From contig OX597817.1 in assembly GCA_951406725.2 (NCBI GenBank), forward strand, positions 51,150,001 to 51,214,000: a stretch of DNA of 64,000 bases, read 5' to 3'. The notes below the pieces were generated by a model that saw only the letters and a program-made list of their open reading frames with translations, was not told where the DNA came from and did not search any database. The position numbers and the translations under genes were made by a program. Numbering within the stretch: the first letter of the stretch is position 1; the number at the start of each line of letters is the position of its first letter. This document shows positions 54,370 through 64,000 of this stretch, piece after piece. Source of the DNA: Octopus vulgaris. Lineage: Eukaryota.

Positions 54370-55235
54370 TAAGGGCAGTGATCTAGCAGAATCATTAGCA
54401 CGCCGGACGAAATGCTTAGCGGTATTTCGTCTGCCGTTACGTTCTGAGTTCAAATTCCTCCGAGGTCGACTTTGCCTTTCATCCTTTCGGGGTCGATAAA
54501 CTAAGTACCAGTCACGCACCGGGGTCTATGTAATCGACTTAATCCGTCTGTCTGTCCTTGTATGTCTCCTCTGTGTTTAGCCCCTTGTGGGTAGAAAAGA
54601 AATAGATATTTTGTCTACCGTTACATTCTGAGTTCAAATTCCGCTGAGGTCGACTTTGCCCTTTATACTTTTGGAGTCGATAAATTAAGTACCAGTTGTG
54701 TACTGGGGTCGATCTAATCGACTGGCTCCCCCTCCCTAAAAATTTCGGGCCTTGTGCCCCGAGCAAAAAATCATTGAATTTCTTAAGCGTGGTGAGCTGG
54801 CAGAAGCGTCAGCACGCCGGGCGAACTGCTTAGCGGTATTCCGTCTGCCATTAGTTTCTGAGTTCAAATTCCGCCGAGGTCCTTTTAGAGTCGATTGATT
54901 AAGTACTAGTTGTGTACTGGCGTCGATCTAATCGACTGGCACCCTCCCCCACATTTTCGGGCCTTGTGCGTAGAGTAGAAAAGAATATTGAACGTCCTAA
55001 GTGCTGTGAGCTGGCAGAAACGTTTGTACGCCGGGCGAAATGCTCAGCTACATTTCGTCTACCGTTACGTTCTGAGTTCACATTCGGCCGAGGTCGAGTT
55101 TGCCTTTCATCCTTTCGGGATCAATTAAATAAGTACCAGTTACGCACTGGGGTGGATGGGATTGACTTGATCCTGTTGTCTGCCGTTGTCTGTTCCTTCT
55201 ATGTTTAGCCCCCTGTGGGCAATAAATAAAGAAAT
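54370..55235 (+). mobile_element. SINE family B array (three heads, four bodies)
   Basis: Repeated heads GAGCTGGCAGAA-like and two alternative 3' tails. Confidence 0.85.
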
Positions 55236-56231
55236 ATTGTATTCCTTAACAAAGTCTGTACTCAGAAACCGCTATAATATCTACATCAGCTACCACCATC
55301 ACCACCACCACCAACACCACCTCAACTACTACTACTACTACTACTACTACTACTGTTGCTAGAATAGGTCATCATTCTAACAGGATTATCGACATATATG
55401 TCAATAAGCTACTTAATAAATTTAATTACCAGCAAAAAATGGAGGGAAAAGCGGAAGAAAGTTTGCAGAAAAGAGGTTTGTTAGGAGATGACAGATAATG
55501 ATAACAATGTGAATACAACAATGGATCCAAACGCCACTGTGCAGATATAGGTTAAAATAAATTAATTATATTTGGTGAAACCTAGATGTGGGGGAAAGTG
55601 GTAAATGAAAACACATATCTTCGTATGATCAGGAAATGCACAATAAAAGTATTGGAAGGGAATATTTAAGAGTGAGCAAAATTGCTTAGAACGTGATATC
55701 TGCTACGAGAGTCGATGGTTCATGAGCGACAATGAATGTATATATTTATCTGTATATCTGAATGATATTTTCTGAAAGACACACGCCTAAGCTCAAACAC
55801 TTGCACTCGTGCAAACACCAAGTCTCTCGCATTTTTCTAACATCTCTTTCTTTTCTGCTTTCATATTCTTTTACTTGGTTCAGTCATTTGACTGCGGCCA
55901 TGCTGGAGCACCGCCTTTAGTCGAGAAAAAGCGAACCCAGGACTTATTCTTTGTAAGCTTAGTATTTATTCTATCGTGATTTTTTGCCGAACCACTAAAT
56001 TACGGGGACGTAAACACATTCGCATCAATTGTCAAGCGATGTTCGGGGGACAAATATCGACACACAAACACACATAGACACACATCCACCCAAATAGACA
56101 CACCCACACACCCTCATATATATATATATATATACACACACGCACACTCACACGCCTCCATACATATATATATATATATATATATAAGGCAAATGAAAGA
56201 CAGAAGATCGAATATATGAGAAGTGATTATT

Positions 56232-56340
56232 AATCACGACAATTGTTTCGACACATCTCGCATGCATCCGTCGAGGGAGGGACACTCAACAACTGGTTCA
56301 GGAGCATCCGGTGGTGAAGATGTATCTTGTTGGGGGATAA
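56232..56340 (-). ncRNA. Decayed hammerhead-like relic
   Basis: Minus strand GATACATC...GATGTGTC-GAAAC-AATT-GTC-GTGAT; the CUGANGA box has decayed to CCAACAA. Confidence 0.35.
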
Positions 56341-56791
56341 ATAAATACAACTCGTTAAAATAACAGTTAAATAATGTGACTTCTCGTTTTGTAGAGAGAA
56401 AAGCAGCCAGACGGAGGAAATATCTTCATTTATATAGAAGATCAAAAATAAAATCACAGATGGCAAAAAGAGAAACGAACACGCAATCCAGCGAGAAAAG
56501 TATTAAATATATATATATATCAATTACGGGGATTAACTCACAAGTGATCTAAACGATTAGGTACGCTAGGTAAGTGCTGCAACGGGTTACTAGGGTCCCA
56601 AGTTTGTGGCCGTGACGGTAGTTATGGAGCCATTGTAGATTTCTGCTACGACTTGAGATGTTTGTCTTGCCTTAACGTTCGTTGTCCTCTTTAAAAGTTA
56701 TATATATGTGTGTGTGTGTCTGTGTGTGTATGTGTGTGTCTGTGTGTGTATGTGTGTGTATGTGTGTGTGTGTGTCTGTGTGTGTATGTGT

Positions 56792-56844
<53 letters not shown>

Positions 56845-57454
56845 TGTGTGTGTGTTTGTATGTATGAATATATTTATATATATCACGTCTTGTATTATCC
56901 AACGTTATGAATCTTAATTTTTTCCAACCCTTCGTTTCTATATTACTACTTCTTTTCTTCTTTTCTTTTCTTTATTTTTTTTCCTTTTAGCGAAGAGAAT
57001 GATCTTGTAAACTTAAATTAACACACTTTTCCAACCCTATTGAATTTTTTTTATTCATTTATATTAAACATATCTATTTTTGTATTTAAATTTAAGACTT
57101 CACTTTTTTTTTTGCAAAAAATAAATCTATTTTACGAAACAATATTTCAAAATTTAGATACAATAAACATCTTTTAGTAAAGTTTAAACTGACATTTCGA
57201 CTTCGAGCCAAATAAAACAATTTTAGACCACCCATACCGAAATAGATTTCTTCGATAGAAATACATTCAATTACAAAGTTGTAGTTGAATATAAAATACA
57301 CATTTAAAATTATTACTAAGTTCTTTACAAAGATACACCCTATGAACGGAAAGTGTCGCGAGCTGTCTAATTGGCTATGATCATATGCTAAATGGTCTAA
57401 GAACCATCTGGCGGGATATCTCACTATGTCATGCTACGGAAAAATTCAAATATG

Positions 57455-57888
57455 TTAGTTAGTTAGTTAGTTAGTTAATTTGGCTCAAAAGCAAATAGCA
57501 AGGCCATGTAGGGGGACATGGAGTCAAGTACAGGGTGGTGTTCATGTAAAGAGTTCAGGCCACTTGAGGTCCAGGGTGGCTTTGAACAAAGCGGTCGTTG
57601 GCATCTTCACCATCTCGTCTGGCAGCTTGTTCTACGGATCCGCAACCCGGACGGAGAAAGCTCCTCTCCTTCGCTTGAGATGAAATCGTCGCAGGTAGAG
57701 CTTTTCGGAATGACCCCGCAGCCGACGCTCTGGAGCAGGGTGAAGAACAGGTCTTTCGAGAGGTTACACTTTCCGCTTATGATGTTGTGGGCGAGAATGA
57801 GATCACCACGGCGGCGGCGTTTTTCAAGAGAATAAAGGTCGAGCGTCCTCAGCCTTTCTTCGTAGGACAAATTTTTGAGACCATGAAC
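57455..57888 (-). mobile_element. CR1-clade LINE 3' end with (CTAA)n tail
   Basis: LSYEERLRTLDLYSLEKRRRRGDLI, AFSVRVADP*NKLP, FKATLD; (TTAG)n on + at 57455-57476. Confidence 0.9.
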
Positions 57889-58101
57889 ATAAATATGAAT
57901 GAGAAGCAGCTCGTAGTATAGAAACGAAGTCGAACACACATATATGTGGGGTATGTATTGTTAGTTCGTCGGGCGGCTGCGTTCTTTAGACGCAAGAGAA
58001 TATATTCTCAATGCCATTGGTGTAAAAACACTCGAAAGCAAGTTATAACCAAGAGTAACAACTCATGTCAAATCCCTTTTTTTTTCGGAGCGACACACAT
58101 C

Positions 58102-58137
<36 letters not shown>

Positions 58138-58139
58138 CA

Positions 58140-58221
<82 letters not shown>

Positions 58222-58849
58222 TCTATGTATGTATATACGCACATATGTATGTACGTATCTATGTATAAATATATGTATATTGTACACTGTTATTGCACAT
58301 TGTGACTAAGACCTCAACATAAATCCAATCTTCATTATAATGTCTCGACTAAATACAACATAAATATTAAATAAAAAGTCTTAAAATTTTGTCTTTGTTA
58401 GAAGCTGGATGGAATTATCAAGTACTGATTAGGCTTTTAGTATTAGAAGAATGTATTGATTTGCACTGGTATCGATCACATTGTTGAAATATCACTATAA
58501 TCTGAACTCTCTAGAGGAATCCCAGATTGATTTATAAAGTTTCTCTTCCGGAATGATGAGCATGAATCTGATCATTGAATGAAGGGAACGGTAATAACAA
58601 TAACAATAATAATAATACATACATACATACATACATACATACATACATACATACATACATACATACATAAATAAATAATAAATGCGCTGATGCAGTACAG
58701 GGCGGTGGCTCTCATGGCTTCTGATTTTAACAGATTGTTTTGTTTTGTTTTGTCTTTGTATAAAAGATGGGCTACAGCAAATATTCTGCTTAATACCACA
58801 GATTTGCTTGTCAGTTGTTTGACCGTAACAAGTTGGACATGTCCCTTAG

Positions 58850-59031
58850 AACGGACGAGGCTTGGCTGACCGTTTCATGGAGTACTTCCGCGACATTAGA
58901 CTCGGCAATGACAACCCGGTCTCTCACCATTTTCGCTCTACCAGTCATTCATTACAACAGCTGTCTTTGTTCGGATAGTCTTAGCACAGAGGCCATACGG
59001 ACTCCCGGCTTCGCCGTGAACAGGGATTAAT
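58850..59031 (+). mobile_element. Penelope GIY-YIG fragment related to the 42-45 kb element
   Basis: GGCTTGGCTGACCGTTTC...CACAGAGGCCATACGGACTCCCGG...CGCCGTGAACAGGGATTAAT aligns with 43826-44009. Confidence 0.85.
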
Positions 59032-59487
59032 ACGACGAGTTTCATTCAATTTTCGTCTACCAAATCCACTCACAAGGCTTTGGTCGACCGGAGGCTATAG
59101 GAGATCACGATTGTGCCAGGTGCCACGCAGTGAGACTGAACCCGGAACCATGTGGCTAGGAAGCACTTTGATAACTTCATCTGCTTTACATTCTATAGAC
59201 GAGTTACTGAAAATTATATTCGACATCAAACGGCAACATGTATGAAATCGTCCAACACTCAGTGCATATAGTGGGTGTATTTCTTATGACGAAAATGTTG
59301 TAAAAATTGCCGGGGGCGAGACGGCACGGTATTATATGAAACGCTGACTGAACTTTGTTCTATTAACTTGTTCGAGGCAGCATCTACAAAGCTGTGTACA
59401 AATCTGATCATTCTTTTTCTTGTTATATGGTAATTGTTATTCATCTCGTTGTTGTTGTTAAACTAACCAGTAAAAACTGTACTCACC

Positions 59488-59572
<85 letters not shown>

Positions 59573-59962
59573 GAGCTTCTTTTCTGGTAGTGTTTGTTGT
59601 AGATGTGACTGTTAACCTCTCATCAGTAATTTTGTCTTAAGTGCAAGCAAAACGATACGGAAACATTCCACCCACCAAAAAAATTTCAATTTTCTTGGTA
59701 GTGTTTATAATTTCTACTAAAATCACAAGCAAAGGACATATATAATTTTTGAATATAATCAACAAAGTAAAATCCAAACTCAGGAGCTACGTGTAAAACG
59801 CCTTGTCAGAAGATGAAGCAGTATCAAGGACAGTGATCACAACTAGAAACAAAAGGACAATAACAAATACACAAACAACAATAACAACAACAGCAGCAAT
59901 AATAATTGTTTTCGAAATTCTTTTAGCACGGGGCCAGAAAATTTAGAGCGAGATATCTATTC

Positions 59963-60188
59963 ATATTTCTTTATTGCCCACAAGGGGCAAAACATAGAGG
60001 GGACAAACAAGGACAAAGGGATTAAGTCGATTACATAGACCCCAGTGCGTAAGTGGTACTTAATTTATCGACCCCGAAAGGATGAAAGGCAAAGTCGACC
60101 TCGGCGGAATTTGAACTCAGAACGTAACGGCAGACGAAATACCGCTAAGTATTTCGCCCAGCGTGCTAACAATTCTGCCAGCTCGCCC
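59963..60188 (-). mobile_element. SINE family B
   Basis: Family match. Confidence 0.85.
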
Positions 60189-60199
60189 CCTATCTATTT

Positions 60200-60460
60200 T
60201 ATTGCATCGAGATATCTGTTCAATCACTGAGTAATAGCTATTCGCTGTTTCTTGTGCCCCCGTCATGTTTATTTCTGGAGACGTCTCAAAGAAACCTTCA
60301 TCCCGAGCTGTTTGGTCGAGGTCGTGGAGTATAGAGGAGACTTTGTAATATCTTGGTTCAGGCATTCCATGTTCTTTTATTTGTTCTACATGACAGTTAA
60401 CGCCAAGCATTATCTGAGTATTTCGGCTGAGCATGATCATCCTATGATACATATAGTATT
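60200..60460 (-). pseudogene. Highly decayed mariner transposase C-terminal fragment
   Basis: Broken frames give DNAWR, SPLYS-DLD (HPPYSPDL-like) and EGFFETSPE...SVIEQ. Confidence 0.45.
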
Positions 60461-61091
60461 TTTTGTCGCCCTTTTCAAGCCTAGCCAAGCTCACGGGACC
60501 GGTTTCCCGGTTTCTGTGGCGTAGGTGTTCCCCACCCCACCCCAGCTGGACGGGACGCTAGTCCATCGCAGCTTTACTCAAGAAACAGGGAAAGAGAGTG
60601 AGAGAAAGTTGTGGCGAAAGTGGACAACAGGGGTTGCCACCACCCCCTTCTTGAACCTCATGGAGCTTTTTTAGGTGTTTTCGCTCAATAAACACACAAC
60701 GCCCGGTCTGGTAATCGAAACCGCGACCCGTCGATTACCAGTTTTCAGTTTTGTATTATAAAATTCTCTTACTTGTCTTCTCTATCTGGCCTAAACTGCT
60801 AATGAATTGTGACCTTGTTTTGAATGTGGATTAATGAACGTTAACAAGCATTTTCTAAGATACATATGCGATTTAAGATCAAATTTTGTATGCCATAATA
60901 TATTATATATTAGATTACTTATTTCTGTATGTAGTTTTTGATATATATATAAATATATATGTATGAGAAGAAACTGGATGTAATAACATTGAGAATCCTG
61001 TAGTTTTCGCGAGTTTGTCTTTAATTAATAATTAATTAGATAACAAAGGAAGAAGTAGGCGCAGGTGTATAGACATGTACACACACACACA

Positions 61092-61199
<108 letters not shown>

Positions 61200-62100
61200 T
61201 GTGCTTATATACATACGTAGACTTTTGCAGATAAACATTTGTATATCTACATACCCACGTTCACGAGTACACACACACACATACACACATATATACACAT
61301 ATATATATATATTATAATGTGCGTGTGTGTGTGTGTATGTGTGTGTGTGTGACGTTACCATGTAGGTCGCTGCATAAATAGATAAATAAACTTTACATTA
61401 TGCTGTCTAACAAATAATTGACTTTTCTCAGTTCGCATAAAAATATCACATTGCTTTTGTTTTACTGTCTCTCTCCGTTTCTTTTTCTCTATACATCTTC
61501 CTCTCTCTCCCTCTCTCATTCTTTCTCCCTGTTGTTCTTACTCTGTCTCAGTTCTCTCTCCTCCTCTGTATAAATATCTCTCTTTACCTTTCTGTCTTTC
61601 TCCGTTAAACATATCTTCTCTCCCCCGTGTCCTTTCTCTCAACCTGTCATCTTCACCATCTTACGGCTTTCTGATAACCTCTCTCACTCCTTCTCCTTCT
61701 CACCTCTTCTCTCTGACTTTCTTTCACTTAATTCAATATTTCTCTTTTAACATAGTTTATTGTATATATTTCCCATCCCAACCACATTTAATATACATCA
61801 ATACGTGCCTTCTCTAAACTTATTCCTAACCCTTCGACGCCAGTATTACCCGAAGCATGCGAGACACTGCTCCGGTTTTTTATCTAATAAGGCCACACAA
61901 ACATACAAGTGCCAACGAGCTCACCTCTATTTACGTTCACCGTTACAATAACATAGCGTCGTACATTTACGTCGACCCGTTTATGAAAACGAAGTATGTG
62001 AAGCTATCTATCATAATATGATATGCATGAGTTATTCTGCTCAAGTTCAAAAAATAGCTTGCGTGTGGTACAACTCAAAACACGGTATTATGCATGTAAA

Positions 62101-62333
62101 GAAGGTGGCAAGCTGGCAGAAACGTTAGCACGCCGGGCGAAATGCTTAGCAGTATTTTGTCTGCCGTTACGTTCTGAGTTCAAATTCCGCCGAGGTCGAC
62201 TTTGCCTTTCATCCTTTCGGGGTCGATTAATTAAGAACCAGTTACGCACTGGGGTCGATATAATCGACTTAATCCGTTTATCTGTCCTTGTTTGTCATCT
62301 CTGTGTTTCGCCCCTTGTGGGTAGTAAAGAAAT
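62101..62333 (+). mobile_element. SINE family B flanked by a ~97-bp direct duplication
   Basis: Family match; flanks 62003-62100 and 62335-62429 are near-identical. Confidence 0.88.
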
Positions 62334-62964
62334 GGCTATTTATCATTTGATATGCACGAGTTATTCTGCTCAAGTTAAAAAAATAGCTTGCGTGTGATAC
62401 AACTCAAAACACAGTATTATGCATGAAAATATCCGCTTGTCATTGCTCTCCTGCTAGTCTCATAACTTGAACGCAACCTAAAATAGCTAAGATAATGCAC
62501 GGGACGGCGAGTGCGCGCATCTCAAGAGATAAAGTACACGATTGCGAACGTAAACATATGTCAGCCGCTAAAAAGTCCGTGATAGATGTAGGGCAGCTCT
62601 ACATCGTATATTTACGCTAACCGCGGGTTGTCAAGCAAAAGTGTGATCGCATATTTGCGTCAACCGTTGTCAAAGGATTAATATGGAACACTATATACCC
62701 TCCAAATATTTCTTATGCATAATCGACGGCGTCATTTCACCATATCGCCTCAAGGCACGTTGTACTTTACACATAAACTTCCATTTTAGAAGTTTAAAAC
62801 TGAATACATGTTACTGATGCAAAACACTAGGGTACCTAAACGATGTATCTTGCCTTTCTAAAATAGTAACCAAACTTACCACAAACCACAACTAATCGTG
62901 TTGAATATATAAAAGGACATAGGTTTATGTTGTGCTAGAAAATTCAAAAAGTAGCCCTGCAACG

Positions 62965-63530
62965 TATTGGTTTGTCCGGAAAGTTCGTGCCGATTTATAG
63001 TAGCTTACCTTTCAGTTTATTTTAGAATATGCCTGAGTCCAGAAAATAGGATTTGACTACACCTCCATTTAGAGCACAGTTTAAGCTATCTTTTTGTGGA
63101 AGAAGGTTTATGTTCCTATAACCTGTGTTAATTCTGTAGCCTTTTAAAATAGAAGACAAGAAAGTTCATTTTCGGCACTTGATGCTTTGGGAACCAGACA
63201 AAAATTGCTGCAGCTCGGCTGGGATGTGTTACCCCACCCTCTATATTCATCAGATATTGCTCCTTCGGATTCCCACTTATTCAGGTCTCTGCAGAATAGT
63301 CTTAATGGTAAAACTTTCATTTCATTGTATGACGTAAAAAGACACCTTGAATTCTTTGCCATGAAACCACCTCAATTCTCGGAAAAGGGTATTTTCAAGT
63401 TAAAGGAAAGATGGAGACGCATTGTGCAACAAAATGGTTTATATTTGGTTGATTAAAAATGTAATGGCAAGTATTTATTGACCTTGTTCTTCCCTTAAAA
63501 ATCGGCACAAGCTTTCCGGACAACCCAATA
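62965..63530 (+). mobile_element. Internally deleted mariner with both TIRs
   Basis: TATTGGTTTGTCCGGAAAGTTCGTGCCGATTT / AAATCGGCACAAGCTTTCCGGACAACCCAATA; EDKKVHFRHLMLW joined to LGWDVLPHPLYSSDIAPSDSHLFRSL...ERWRRIVQQNG. Confidence 0.93.
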
Positions 63531-63873
63531 CTATAGAACATTTTTATAGACTTCATCCCCAACACTTTGTGTTACGGTCATGTCTATACAAATGTGAAAC
63601 CATGTGGCCTAGTTGTCAGAATATTGTGGTAGCGATCGTAAGATCATCGCTTCGATTCCTGGTCCGGGTATGCGTTGTGTTCTTGAGCAAAATACGTCAT
63701 TGCAGGCTGCTCCATTCCACCTTGTTGTAAAGAAGTTAGCCTACGATGAACCGGTTCGCTTTTCGGAATAATGCCGTAATCTGTGTCACGTCTATGCTAC
63801 GAAAACTGATTAACCAGCCTTAGCAGTCCTAAAACTCCAGACAGCAAAGTCCTGAGTTACACACACACATATA

Positions 63874-63953
<80 letters not shown>

Positions 63954-64000
63954 CGCAGGAGTGTGGTAAGTAGTTTACTTACAAACACATGGTTCCGGGT

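Noticed and set aside
57455-57476. Telomere-like (TTAG)n
   Set aside because: It is the 3' tail of the adjacent CR1 fragment.
59487-59635. Apparent minus-strand exon with a GTGAGT donor spanning (AAT)n
   Set aside because: 149 nt; the frame open from the acceptor gives poly-Ile and the poly-Asn frame has an upstream TGA.

Overview
AT-rich, repeat-saturated animal genomic DNA. The SINE repertoire and the dense (TA)n/(GATA)n/(AAT)n microsatellites suggest an octopus genome; this is inferred from remembered family sequences and was not searched. Almost all listed ORFs are microsatellite or SINE artefacts. The one long genuine ORF (about 41961-44065, +) is a 5'-truncated Penelope-like retroelement of Neptune type (RT, Cys-rich linker, GIY-YIG), inserted in (TA)n, with a hammerhead ribozyme (HHR)-like motif in its 3' pseudo-LTR. 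The main hidden signal is about nine type I HHR or HHR-like motifs (2221, 25254, 28814, 37586, 44890, 46549 and 46694, 52405, 56232). They belong to several otherwise unrelated short elements in or beside (TA)n tracts, two of them with inverted terminal duplications, and include a recurrent non-canonical CUGUNGA-A core. The window also holds mariner relics and MITEs, CR1, RTE and R4-like LINE fragments, Helitron-like elements and three SINE families. One SINE family shares a covarying 3' stem-loop with a CR1 LINE, and another forms tandem arrays and has a ~97-bp flanking duplication. A long fold-back hairpin and weak candidate exons of a minus-strand host gene are also present.
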